Notes: generated from the sequence alone by a model not told the origin. A stretch of DNA of 64,000 nt from an uncultured Verrucomicrobiales bacterium (GCA_938091905.1 CALKOM010000023.1:64001-128000), one strand, 5' to 3'. Numbered from the stretch's first letter, positions 38,710 through 48,778 are shown. Numbers and translations are program-made.

Positions 38710-41220
38710 ATGAATTTCGAAGATAGGTTTATGAATTTCGCGGGACGCCATGCACCCCTAATCTTTATCCTATCGCTTGCGATCCTGGGATTCCATTCGG
38801 CCAATGAGGAAAGTGGAGGTTACTTGCCCAAAGAAGGGTACCAACGTCATATCCCCTCATCTCTCGGTGAAGAGACAGCTACGACTCAAGATCATTCAAG
38901 CCGTTCGGCGGACCCAAACAGCTTGAGTTGGAGTGCGGATCTCGTCGATTGGCAACTCACCAAGGACATTTCTGACATAATTGCTACGATCAATCAAGCC
39001 TCCATCGCTCTTGATATTACTCAGCAGAGCAGCAGCAGTCCTGACAGTACGACTCATCCACAATCAGCAAACACGGATACTGCGGCACCCTACGGTAGCA
39101 CACTGCCCCATGTAAGCCCACAGGGCTCTTCGACGGAACAGGTAACGTTCACTTGGCAACAGATTGGAGACACAGGAAATCCAAGCATGACGACGACCCC
39201 GAGCGGCCAAGTGAACACTAGTGTGACTGTCGGTCGTATGGACGAGGAGTATGCGATCACCAAATACGAAGTCTCAAATTCGCAATGGGCGGCTTTCCTG
39301 AATGCAAAAGCCTGCGAAAGTGATCCCCATGGGCTCTACAATCCTCAGCACTCCAGCCATCATTGGGGAGGTATTATGCGCTCTGGATCGGGTCCCTATA
39401 CTTATGCTCCAAAAGCAGGGCGGGAGAATTACCCTGTCAATTTCGTCAGCGTCATGGATGTCGCGAGATTTGTAAACTGGCTTCAAAACGGCCAGGGAAA
39501 TGCTGACACAGAAGACGGCACCTACGATATGGACCAAGCCCCCCTGATTACCCGTAAAGGCGGATCACAAATCTATATCCCAAATGAGAATGAGTGGCAC
39601 AAGGCAGCTTACTATGACCCACGCATCGAATCCGAAGGCGGTCCTCCCAGTGACACACACTATTGGCTGTATCCAACTTTGGGAAATAATACTCCAAATA
39701 AGGCAACCGTTCAAAACGGAGTGATTACCAATTCTGAACTGCCTAATCTCGCAAATTATGATCACTCGGCCAATGACCTCGACGGACAATGCAGGGTCAA
39801 CACCGGAGGTGTGAACTGTGAAAGTTACTATGGTGTCCGACACATGGGAGGGAATGTTGTGGAATGGATCGAAGATCGCCATTCAACCTCGAATCCCACT
39901 TGGTACGATCTTCGCGGTGGGGATTGGGAAAATGGCCACTGGGACCAGCGCAACCACTTTATCAACGCCGCTCAACCCTTCTACGAATCGACTGACAACG
40001 GAATACGCCTCGCAGCCAGTCTTGGCTATTTAGAACGGGAAGAACCCGCTGGCGGCGGCAGTAGCGGTGGTGGCGAAGACGGCTGTGGACTCGATGAACT
40101 AGCTGAGCCATTCATAAACCAACCTTTTACCAAGGACACAAACACCATAGCGCTCTATCATTTTACAAACAACTTAGCCGATTCTTCAGATCAATCTTTC
40201 CACCTGAATGTGGCAGGCGGCACCACAAATTTCACCAGCGAGGGACTGGACTGGATGCTGTCACCAAGTGGCTCCGCTCTGTGCTTCTCGGGCGTCGGTG
40301 ACGAGGTCACTGTCGACATCCCAGACTCATTGATCCTCCCACATTCTGGAGCTGAGTTCACTATAGAATGGTATCAGAAGGTAGACTGCTTAGCCACGGC
40401 GGGGACGTCTGCTACTTTGATAGAGCTCGAACAAAGTCACGACTCACATTTCCGTCTGCGAAAAGACACTTGGGCAGACCCTATCGTTCCGACCATTGGT
40501 GTTGCTGGCACCGATCTATTGGACGAGACGAACATGGCACTGCACTTTAAATTTGGCGTTTGGCAGAAGATGCGGATCACATTCGACTCTAGCTCAACAA
40601 CTCGAGGCTATATCGATGGCCAGCTTATCGCTACCATCACGGTGGATCCAAACAATGGGAGAAGTAATGACTGGACATTAAGCTTAGGCAACTTTGATGG
40701 ATGCATCGACGAACTGCGGCTTAGCAATACGGTTCGTCCAGATGAGACAAGTCTCGATGGCAGTTCTTCAGAATATCAGCAATGGGCAGCCATCGCCTTT
40801 GCCAGCCTGCCACAAGGCGCGTCTGACCCAGATGCCCAACTATTGGCAAACCCCGACGGAGACGAAGCCACAAACCTATTCGAATTCGCTACGGCAACCG
40901 ATCCGCTCGATCGAACCGATGCGCGAAGCGTTCAGGGAGAAATAGAGGTCATCGATGGCGACTCCTATATGGTGGTAAAATATCGCCGACTGAAGTCAGG
41001 AAACCAGCTATCCAACACCCATTACGAGAAAGGTTCGTTGGCCTACTATCTCGAGTCCAGCGATGGACTGACCGCAACCTGGAAGGAGGAACCGGCGAGT
41101 TGGGACACGCCTCAATCAGTCGTCGACCACGGAGATGGAACGGAGACCGTAGAAGTAAAGACCCATATCGATGCCATCATCCGCCGCTTCGTTAGGCTAC
41201 GAATAGCCATGACACCTTAG
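38710..41220 (+). CDS. Secreted FGE-sulfatase (SUMF1/C-type-lectin fold) + LamG-like protein with C-terminal FVRLRI domain
   Basis: KYEVSNSQW..FLN, PVNFVS..FVNWL, PNENEWHKAAY, MGGNVVEW, RGGDW (FGE). TIALYHF..FDGCIDELRLS (LamG). ANPDGD..FATATDP…FVRLRI tail. Confidence 0.8.
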   Translation: MNFEDRFMNFAGRHAPLIFILSLAILGFHSANEESGGYLPKEGYQRHIPSSLGEETATTQDHSSRSADPNSLSWSADLVDWQLTKDISDIIATINQASIALDITQQSSSSPDSTTHPQSANTDTAAPYGSTLPHVSPQGSSTEQVTFTWQQIGDTGNPSMTTTPSGQVNTSVTVGRMDEEYAITKYEVSNSQWAAFLNAKACESDPHGLYNPQHSSHHWGGIMRSGSGPYTYAPKAGRENYPVNFVSVMDVARFVNWLQNGQGNADTEDGTYDMDQAPLITRKGGSQIYIPNENEWHKAAYYDPRIESEGGPPSDTHYWLYPTLGNNTPNKATVQNGVITNSELPNLANYDHSANDLDGQCRVNTGGVNCESYYGVRHMGGNVVEWIEDRHSTSNPTWYDLRGGDWENGHWDQRNHFINAAQPFYESTDNGIRLAASLGYLEREEPAGGGSSGGGEDGCGLDELAEPFINQPFTKDTNTIALYHFTNNLADSSDQSFHLNVAGGTTNFTSEGLDWMLSPSGSALCFSGVGDEVTVDIPDSLILPHSGAEFTIEWYQKVDCLATAGTSATLIELEQSHDSHFRLRKDTWADPIVPTIGVAGTDLLDETNMALHFKFGVWQKMRITFDSSSTTRGYIDGQLIATITVDPNNGRSNDWTLSLGNFDGCIDELRLSNTVRPDETSLDGSSSEYQQWAAIAFASLPQGASDPDAQLLANPDGDEATNLFEFATATDPLDRTDARSVQGEIEVIDGDSYMVVKYRRLKSGNQLSNTHYEKGSLAYYLESSDGLTATWKEEPASWDTPQSVVDHGDGTETVEVKTHIDAIIRRFVRLRIAMTP

Positions 41221-41888
41221 ACCGCTTTGAAGCGGTAACCAACGCCACGCAAAGTCTCGATAAGAGGCGAATCGAAATCGCGATCCACCTTGTTTCGAAG
41301 GCGTCGAATGCAGACGTCGACAAGATTCGTCCCGGGATCAAAGTGCATGCCCCACACGTGGGTGTAGATCTGCGTCCGCGTGAACACCCGGCCAGGCGAG
41401 CACATGAGATACTCTAGCAAGGCAAATTCACGTTGCGTCAGGGTAATCTCCTTCCCAGCTCGTTCCACATCGCGCGTAAGAATATTTACTTTGAGATCGG
41501 CAGCTGAGAGGACATTGGTACCTTGACCAGACGAACGACGGACGAGGGATTGCAGACGCACAACAAGCTCCTCCACGTAAAAGGGCTTTGTCAGGTAATC
41601 ATCCGCGCCCACATGAAAACCTTCCACGCGTTCGTTCAGCTCACTCCGTGCCGTGAGCAGCATGACAGGGACAGCATTTCCCTTGTCACGCAAACCACGA
41701 AGCACACTGAGGCCGTCTCGACCTGGGAGCATGATATCGAGCACGATTGCGTCAAAGGGCTCTTCACACGCAAGTTCGTAAGCGGTGTTGCCATCTCGGG
41801 CCAATTCCACAACGAAGCCGTGCTCTTCTAGGCCTTTTTTAACAAAGTCAGCAATCTTGGCTTGGTCTTCGACAACGAGGATTCGCAT
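41217..41888 (-). CDS. OmpR/CusR-type two-component response regulator
   Basis: MRILVVED, LDIMLPG, GADDYLTKPF, LTQREFALL, ETLRGVGY. Confidence 0.95.
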   Translation of the reverse strand: MRILVVEDQAKIADFVKKGLEEHGFVVELARDGNTAYELACEEPFDAIVLDIMLPGRDGLSVLRGLRDKGNAVPVMLLTARSELNERVEGFHVGADDYLTKPFYVEELVVRLQSLVRRSSGQGTNVLSAADLKVNILTRDVERAGKEITLTQREFALLEYLMCSPGRVFTRTQIYTHVWGMHFDPGTNLVDVCIRRLRNKVDRDFDSPLIETLRGVGYRFKAV

Positions 41889-41896
41889 GGTATTTG

Positions 41897-43429
41897 TTAG
41901 AGACCAATGATCTTAGTGAGGCCGTTCCATATCTTGGCCCAGAAATTGCCCGCCTGTCGATGATGTTCCGCTCGCGATACCTGCTGACAGAGAAAGACTC
42001 CCTGACCTGAGAAGAGGTCATCAAACAGTGGGTTGTGGTCGCGCAGGTAGGAAATAAACGTTTCTGATCGCCGACTACGGTAACTTAGGGACGGCGTGAA
42101 TCCAATGGTGGCCAACTGATTGGTGCGGCGCTCGTTCCCCTCCTGAACATTGTCCACTGTGAGGCGCTCCGCTCGAACGCCGCGGTAAGCCCAGGCGACT
42201 AGTTTCACCGGACCACGGAACTCGAAGTAGCGGAACTGTAAAGTGATCCAAGCATGGAGAGAAAAGAAACGCCAATGGGAGCGCACCCGCGGTTCCTCAT
42301 CACCACTGTTTTGGATCAGGGCAGCGAGGAAGCTGGGCCGACATACAACTGCTCCACCCTCAGGGACTTCCACCACAGCCATCTCAACTTCAGCATCCGT
42401 CTGGCTCGAAAGCGTTAATCGTCGCTGAGCTCCCGGCACTCGATTGGTCACTCGGGTCAGAAGGAAGAGGCCAGCCGCTAGGCAAGAGAAGGGGTATTTC
42501 CAGCTAAAAACAAATTTGGTCTTTTTGATGAGATCCTCGTCCGACGCCTGATAGAACTTATGCTGAATGGTGGCACTTTCACCGGTCTCCAACACGACTT
42601 GCTGCGCCACCGCAGTCTTTGTTACTCGGATAGGAGCATGGGCCGCAGTCTTCAAAGCAACAGGACGACCAAACGATAACAAAGGGGCCCAAAAGTAGTA
42701 TAGTGCAATCTTTGCTAGTATTGGTAAAAAGATGATCGATAAACTCAACCAGATGAGCGGTTTTCCTACCTTCTCAAAAGCTGCTTCTAAAAAGTCTTGC
42801 GACTTCGCAACCCTACCTTCCCAGCGGTCTGCCTCGCTCTTTACGCGATCACGCTCCTCTTGTGCCACCGTTAATCGTTCGAGCGCACCTTCGCGTTCTT
42901 CCTGAAGCTTTAACTCATGAGAACCCGCTGAGTCTTCGATCGCCTCACGCTGGGCGATCACATCCTTCGCTTTGGCCAAGAGATCAGCTTGTTTGGCTCG
43001 GCTTTCATTGATGCGCTTACTCAGTTCGCTCTGTTGTTTCTCCGTGTCGACGCCACGCAGCTTATTCCAAAATTCAAGCGCACGTGCTTTGACTCCCTGC
43101 AACGCGGCTAACTGATCTTGCCAGGCTCTCATCTGTCCCTGACGAACTTCCAGTTCACGCTGCAATTTAATTCGGGCGGCCTCAACGCTCTTAAGCTTTT
43201 CGTCGAGATCCTGTTTCAAGGCAGCTACCTTCTCTTCCAACAGTCTCGTTTCCTCTTGGATGCGCTGCACGACACGCTCTTTGTCTGCTAGCTCCTCAGG
43301 TAGACGCTCAAGGTACTTCTGACTCGCTAAATAGAGCGCGAACCCGCCAAGCACGAGCGTCCAAATAACCAAGAGCATAGCTGCCTTGGAAAAAAGCCAC
43401 CTTAGGACATTGGTGAGGATCCCAATCAT
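41897..43429 (-). CDS. Membrane-anchored coiled-coil protein with C-terminal beta-rich (AIM24-like) domain
   Basis: TM, about 190-aa heptad coiled coil, TM, then a beta-rich domain (FRGPVKLV, DLFSGQGVFLCQ). Confidence 0.55.
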   Translation of the reverse strand: MIGILTNVLRWLFSKAAMLLVIWTLVLGGFALYLASQKYLERLPEELADKERVVQRIQEETRLLEEKVAALKQDLDEKLKSVEAARIKLQRELEVRQGQMRAWQDQLAALQGVKARALEFWNKLRGVDTEKQQSELSKRINESRAKQADLLAKAKDVIAQREAIEDSAGSHELKLQEEREGALERLTVAQEERDRVKSEADRWEGRVAKSQDFLEAAFEKVGKPLIWLSLSIIFLPILAKIALYYFWAPLLSFGRPVALKTAAHAPIRVTKTAVAQQVVLETGESATIQHKFYQASDEDLIKKTKFVFSWKYPFSCLAAGLFLLTRVTNRVPGAQRRLTLSSQTDAEVEMAVVEVPEGGAVVCRPSFLAALIQNSGDEEPRVRSHWRFFSLHAWITLQFRYFEFRGPVKLVAWAYRGVRAERLTVDNVQEGNERRTNQLATIGFTPSLSYRSRRSETFISYLRDHNPLFDDLFSGQGVFLCQQVSRAEHHRQAGNFWAKIWNGLTKIIGL

Positions 43430-43447
43430 GTTGCCTTATAATCTACC

Positions 43448-44254
43448 TCACATCCTCTCCATGTCCATGGCAGCACGCAAGGCCTGCACCCGGGCCGGAT
43501 CCACGGGTTGAGCCAAGAGCCCATCCACTTTAACGCTTGTACCTACAATAAGCCCATCGGCAAATTCCAAGAGTCGTGGTGCTGACTCAACACTCGACCC
43601 AGAGCCCACATAAATGGCCGCTTCTGGGCATGCCTGCCGAACAACACGAAGATCATCGGCATCCACAGACTCACCCGTGGCCACTCCGGACACAATCAAC
43701 GCATCTGCTAGTCCTCGATGAAGGACGTCCTTCGCTGCGTCTTCGAGAGAGCCACCTCCAAGCGGCTGCGCATGCTTCACATGAACATCCGCCCAAATGG
43801 CAACCTTAGGACAAAGAACCTGCCGCTTCCTCACAGTTTCATATGCTTGTCCCTCGATGACGCCTTGGTCGGTGACCATAGTACCCGAGTGTACGTTGAC
43901 ACGAATGAACTTACCTCCACACGTCGCAGCTAAACCCAATCCTGACATTGGGTCGTTACGAAGAACATTGAATCCAAAGGGCAACGTGATGTTCGCTACC
44001 TGACGTAAATGAGAAAACACGGTTGCCATGGCCGCGACGGTTTCGGCTGGAACCCGTTCCGAAGTGAAAGGGACATCACCAAAATTCTCAATGACGAGCG
44101 CATCTGCACCTCCCTCAGCAAATGCTTTCGCATCCTCTGCTGCATGCTCACAAACGGCACTCATGGAACCACCCCAGCGTGGTGCACCCGGAAGAGGGAG
44201 AAGGTGGACAACGCCAATAAGCTGTGGCCTCATGTTAGTCATGTTGCTGATCAA
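43448..44254 (-). CDS. BtpA/SgcQ family TIM-barrel protein
   Basis: IGVVHLLPLPG, IENFGDVPF, NVLRND, ADVHVKHA, ADALIVSG..TG. Confidence 0.92.
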   Translation of the reverse strand: MISNMTNMRPQLIGVVHLLPLPGAPRWGGSMSAVCEHAAEDAKAFAEGGADALVIENFGDVPFTSERVPAETVAAMATVFSHLRQVANITLPFGFNVLRNDPMSGLGLAATCGGKFIRVNVHSGTMVTDQGVIEGQAYETVRKRQVLCPKVAIWADVHVKHAQPLGGGSLEDAAKDVLHRGLADALIVSGVATGESVDADDLRVVRQACPEAAIYVGSGSSVESAPRLLEFADGLIVGTSVKVDGLLAQPVDPARVQALRAAMDMERM

Positions 44255-44858
44255 AGATTTCTACTAGGCCCCGTTTTAAGCAGTATTCCCCGCCCACAAT
44301 GAGCAGCTTGTCTTGCTCGACAAGACGTTCGAGAATTACCGAGTCGCGTTGGAGCTGATTCACCGACGCCCTGACATTTGCCCGAATGGCGTGAGGCATG
44401 AGTGCCTCTGAAGTCAATTCGGGCTTTGTTTCTACCAACGTTGCCACTGCAGGAGAAATCCGATCAACGATAGATTTTAAGTTAGGAGATTGATTCTTTG
44501 TCGGACGTTCCAGCTCCGCTAACGTCGCTTTAACAGCTCCACAATTTGAGTGCCCTAGCACGACAACGAGCGGCGTACCGAACTGCTCGACCGCAAACTC
44601 GACACTACCGATTTGGGACGGGGCCACGATATTCCCCGCCACCCGGATGACAAAGAGATCACCGAGGCCTTGGTCAAAGATCATCTCCAACGGTGCCCGC
44701 GAATCTGAGCACCCCAGAACGACGGCAAAGGGCCTTTGCCCAGCCAAGAGTTCGTGCCGCCGGCTCTGCGTTGGCAAGGCACTCTTGTCCTGCACCCCCA
44801 TAACAAAACGTTGATTTCCTTCGAGGAGACGAGAGAGAGCTTCTTGAGCGGTTATCAT
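44235..44858 (-). CDS. Beta-class carbonic anhydrase
   Basis: LLEGNQRF, GCSDSR, GDLFVIRVAGN, GHSNCGAV. Confidence 0.96.
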   Translation of the reverse strand: MITAQEALSRLLEGNQRFVMGVQDKSALPTQSRRHELLAGQRPFAVVLGCSDSRAPLEMIFDQGLGDLFVIRVAGNIVAPSQIGSVEFAVEQFGTPLVVVLGHSNCGAVKATLAELERPTKNQSPNLKSIVDRISPAVATLVETKPELTSEALMPHAIRANVRASVNQLQRDSVILERLVEQDKLLIVGGEYCLKRGLVEIFDQQHD

Positions 44859-44879
44859 GATTGATCTGATCGTAGTGCG

Positions 44880-45755
44880 TTAATCTAAGTTGAGCTTGTC
44901 GCCGCAGACACGACAATAACGCGCGTCTGAGGTGTGAACTTGCGCCCCACAATTGCTGCAAGCCCGATTGCTATAATCTTGTTTCCGCTTCATTTGGCGA
45001 TTGATTTCCGCTCCAACGATCCCCGTTGGAACCGCGATAATAGCATAGCCAGTGATCATGGCAAACGATGCGAGAAATTTCCCTAACGGATGCAGAGGAG
45101 CGATGTCCCCGTAGCCAACGGTTGTGATGGTGACAATCGCCCAGTAGGTAGACTCGGGTATGCTTGAGAACGCAGGGTTGGAAGGACCTTCCACGATGTA
45201 CATAATCGTTCCCATAATGATCGCCATCGTCACGACAGCAAAGAGGAAGACGACTATCTTCGGGCGACTAGCTCTGAGAGCCATCAGAATCAGGTTTGCT
45301 CCACCGATGTAACGCGCCATCTTGAAGATACGAAAAAGACGTAAAAGGCGAAGAATCCGGATCGTCGTAAGATAGTGCGCCTGCTCGGGAACGGCAAACA
45401 AGGCCAAGTAAGTGGGAATGATAGACAGAAAATCGACGATTCCGAAGAATGAGAAAGCATACTTCAACGGCTGCTTTACAGAAATAAGGCGCAACACGTA
45501 TTCAATAGTGAAGAGTATCGTGAACACCCACTCTGCGCCCATGAACCAATCTCCATAGCTGGCATTGAAGCTAACAACAGTCTCTAGCATGACCAAAGTC
45601 ACCGATAGCGCAATGGAAACGAGCAAGATGATATCGAAAAGCCGCCCACTGAACGTATCAGCCTCGAAAATGATGTCGTGAGTACGCCGACGCCACGCTG
45701 GCAATTGATTCGAGGGAGGATTATTCGACTCAGACGGCTCCATGTCGTGCAGCAT
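44880..45755 (-). CDS. Voltage-gated potassium channel (6TM)
   Basis: S4-like RILRLLRLFRIFK, selectivity filter TVGYGD, C-terminal CxxC..CxxC. Confidence 0.93.
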   Translation of the reverse strand: MLHDMEPSESNNPPSNQLPAWRRRTHDIIFEADTFSGRLFDIILLVSIALSVTLVMLETVVSFNASYGDWFMGAEWVFTILFTIEYVLRLISVKQPLKYAFSFFGIVDFLSIIPTYLALFAVPEQAHYLTTIRILRLLRLFRIFKMARYIGGANLILMALRASRPKIVVFLFAVVTMAIIMGTIMYIVEGPSNPAFSSIPESTYWAIVTITTVGYGDIAPLHPLGKFLASFAMITGYAIIAVPTGIVGAEINRQMKRKQDYSNRACSNCGAQVHTSDARYCRVCGDKLNLD

Positions 45756-46941
45756 AGTCCGCCATGGCTCGTGTCAAAGCCTGAATCTGACCACATGTAT
45801 GGTCCGCCGTAAGCGTCAGACGGAGCCGGGCCGCCCCCCGCGCAACAGTCGGGTAACGAATCGCCGGTACGTAGAATCCACTTTCCTGTAGTGCAAAAGC
45901 TTGAGCCAAAGCTGCAGCTTCATCTCCAATCTGATAGGGAAAGATGGCAGCCGGCGCCTCCGGTTGCCCAGTCTCCTCAGCCAAGCGCGCCATGAGGCCA
46001 CGTAAGATCTCCCGGCGCTCTTCACCCTCTTTACCCGTAGCAATTTCCAGCGCAGCGCGAGCAGCCACGGCAAGGATCGGCGGTGGAGCCGTCGAGTAGA
46101 TAAAACTGCGCGCCTTATTGATCAAGATGTCGACCATAGCTTGGCTACCTGCAAGGTAGCCACCGGCCACGCCAAGAGCCTTCCCAAGCGTTCCCATGTG
46201 GTAATCAATCCGATCTGTAAGATTGAGATCGGCAGCTAGGCCTCGCCCCTGAGCACCTATCACTCCTACCCCATGTGCTTCATCGAGAAGCAGTTGAGCA
46301 CCATAGCGATCCTTCAAAGAAACAATTTCGGCTAGTGGAGCTAGGTCACCGTCCATGCTGAAGACCGACTCTGTCATGATGACGACTCGATCTTTGTCAG
46401 GCTGACCATCTGCCCAACGAAGCAACGCCTCCAACTTATCAAGATCATTGTGACGAAAGACACGCACCTTGGCACCACTGAGGCGGCAGGAATCGATAAG
46501 ACAGGCATGGCTTAGCTTATCAAGAATTACAATACTCTTCCGACTCAGAAAAGCAGTGGCGAATCCAGAGGCCGTAGCATACCCATTGGCAAAGGTTAGC
46601 GCGGCTTTAACACCTTTGAATTCAGCAATCGCCTCCTCGAGCAAGAGATGCACCGGATGCGTCCCTGTGATGAGACGAGAGGCACCACTTCCTACCCCAT
46701 GGACTTCAGTTGCATCGATGGCCGCTCCCTTTACCTTAGGGTGATGAGCTAAGCCTAAGTAGTCGTTCGATGAGAACGAAATAAGTGCTCGCCCATCGAC
46801 ATCATGGACACGCACGTGCCCACTTTCACCGCAAACAGGGTGTAGCTTACGCAGCAGTCGATGGTCATCCAGCCTGCGCAGGGTTTCTTCATAGGCAGCG
46901 TCTGTGTCAGACCTCAAGAACTTGCTACCGCTTCTTCGCAC
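45730..46941 (-). CDS. bioF: 8-amino-7-oxononanoate synthase (class II PLP enzyme)
   Basis: SSNDYLGL, GSGASRL, ESVFSMDGD, DEAHG, GTLGKA, IRYPTV. Confidence 0.9.
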   Translation of the reverse strand: MRRSGSKFLRSDTDAAYEETLRRLDDHRLLRKLHPVCGESGHVRVHDVDGRALISFSSNDYLGLAHHPKVKGAAIDATEVHGVGSGASRLITGTHPVHLLLEEAIAEFKGVKAALTFANGYATASGFATAFLSRKSIVILDKLSHACLIDSCRLSGAKVRVFRHNDLDKLEALLRWADGQPDKDRVVIMTESVFSMDGDLAPLAEIVSLKDRYGAQLLLDEAHGVGVIGAQGRGLAADLNLTDRIDYHMGTLGKALGVAGGYLAGSQAMVDILINKARSFIYSTAPPPILAVAARAALEIATGKEGEERREILRGLMARLAEETGQPEAPAAIFPYQIGDEAAALAQAFALQESGFYVPAIRYPTVARGAARLRLTLTADHTCGQIQALTRAMADYAARHGAV

Positions 46942-48371
46942 TTGGACTCGCTAGGCTGATTATGTCGCATAAATCGCATTCGCCCTTTCGGCTCGAGCTC
47001 TTGGTGATCGATGTTAAGCTGATCGATTCGATAACTTAGGATGCGCGGCGTGGTGCCTAACAACTCAGCAGCCCGACTCTTAATGCCTCTGGCTTCATTG
47101 AGAGCCTCAATAATCAATGAACGCTGGAAAGCATCCGTGCGCTCTTCCAATGTGCCCAACTCAAACTGTTGCGATTCTGCGCTCTTAGGAGAGATACTAC
47201 GATTCCACTGAATCTCTTGAGGTAAGTGCACGATCTTGATCACATCGATCTTTGGATGAATAAAGAGCACCCCTTCCAAGATGTTCTCTAGCTCACGTGC
47301 GTTGCCGGGCCAGTCGTAACGGCGCAGAACCTCCATCGCACCTACATCGATGTCTTTGACCGCCAGCTGCATGCGGCTTCTGAGACGATTGATGATTGCG
47401 TAGGCCAACAACGGAATATCTTCCCTTCGTTCCCGAAGCGCAGGAATTCGTAGTATTTGTCCAGAGGCTATTGCTGACAAACGTTCATCAAACAGCTCTG
47501 GAACCGACTGATCAATCGAGCTCGAAACTGAAAACAACAAACGACTCGTCGTCTGCACTCTTAAGATCCCACCATCCCGCATGAAAGATTGTCCTTCTAT
47601 CAATGCACCCAAACGCTTCTGTGTGCTTACCGGCAACAGATCCAAATCCTCAACATACATCGTCCCGCTGCCCACGAGATCAAGCTTCCCAAGCTCTCTA
47701 AGGTTGCCAACCGAAACTGCAGCTTCGAGATCTTGACCAAAGAATTCACGCTCAAAGGCGTCCTCTCGGCCCGGGGAATGTTGAGCTTTGATAAAGGGCA
47801 GCTCTGAACGAACACTCAGGGTGTGAATCAAACGAGCAATGGTGTCTTTTCCAGTTCCTCGCTCTCCCACAAGCACCGCAGGTTCCTCATTTGCGGCGAG
47901 CCGGCGGATCTCGTGAAGGAAATTCCGATAGACGAGAGACTCGCCTGGCATCTCGTGCAGAAAGCCCGTCTCGATCGCTTCCCGGCGGGAAGCCTCTACC
48001 TGACGCCGTTCATTGACGGTCTGTATCGCCTTGTCAGCAATCACTCGCACATCGTTGACATCAAAGGGCTTCGTAATGAACTCCACCGCTCCTATACGGA
48101 TCGCTTCCGCAATCGTGCTCGTCGAACTGACAGCACGAAGCATGATCACAGGCGTCTCAGGGTAGCGTTGGCGAAGTTCACGGAGAATTTCAAGCCCGCC
48201 ACCTTTGGGAAGAATGATATCGAGGAGCAAGAGTTCGATTCGATTCTCTTCCAATACCTTAAAAACCTCGTCCACAGAATTGGCCGTGTACACATCGTAG
48301 CACTGGTGAAAGATCGCTTTGAGCGACTCAATAACACCGAGCTCGTCATCCATCACGAGGATCTTCTTCAT
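46914..48371 (-). CDS. NtrC-like response regulator with degenerate sigma54-interaction domain and Fis HTH
   Basis: Receiver (ILVMDD, LLDI, TKPF), GERGTGK, WPGNARELEN, HTH (RAAELLG). GAFTGA is absent. Confidence 0.85.
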   Translation of the reverse strand: MKKILVMDDELGVIESLKAIFHQCYDVYTANSVDEVFKVLEENRIELLLLDIILPKGGGLEILRELRQRYPETPVIMLRAVSSTSTIAEAIRIGAVEFITKPFDVNDVRVIADKAIQTVNERRQVEASRREAIETGFLHEMPGESLVYRNFLHEIRRLAANEEPAVLVGERGTGKDTIARLIHTLSVRSELPFIKAQHSPGREDAFEREFFGQDLEAAVSVGNLRELGKLDLVGSGTMYVEDLDLLPVSTQKRLGALIEGQSFMRDGGILRVQTTSRLLFSVSSSIDQSVPELFDERLSAIASGQILRIPALRERREDIPLLAYAIINRLRSRMQLAVKDIDVGAMEVLRRYDWPGNARELENILEGVLFIHPKIDVIKIVHLPQEIQWNRSISPKSAESQQFELGTLEERTDAFQRSLIIEALNEARGIKSRAAELLGTTPRILSYRIDQLNIDHQELEPKGRMRFMRHNQPSESKCEEAVASS

Positions 48372-48599
48372 GGACAGATCTATGGGAGGGTAATGCTTGG
48401 GGAACAAGAGTGATCTTACCGATCAGTCTCCAGGAAACGGTGGATGTGTTCGAGGAAATTCTGCAATCCGTCAACTGCTGCCTTGACTATTGGACCGGCT
48501 AGGGCTGCCCGTGCGTCACCTTTTCTTATAGTTAGGCAGATTCTTCCCAAATCTGCAAGATCCTTCCCGTCAAGCATGTGACCCCTCGCCAAACCTACA

Positions 48600-48778
48600 C
48601 GCCTCCATCCATCAACACTCTACACGTGTGCCAAGTGCTGGATGAGGCGACGGCGTTGGCTACTTTGGACTCCGAATCCAAGATCTCTCTGACGTCGAAC
48701 TCGTCAGAGGCATTGGTGAATTCCTGTGCACTGGAAGCGCTACCCCTTCTCCGGAAGCCAAAACACGCCTTCACCAAT
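48600..48778 (-). ncRNA. Candidate structured RNA / leader (four adjacent stems)
   Basis: Stems at 48600-48649, 48665-48681, 48687-48709 and 48712-48778. Mismatches become G-U pairs on the minus strand. No family recognised. Confidence 0.35.

Noticed and set aside
39130..40020. Diversity-generating retroelement target (FGE/CLec fold)
   Set aside because: No reverse transcriptase and no template-repeat copy with adenine-specific differences were seen in the window.
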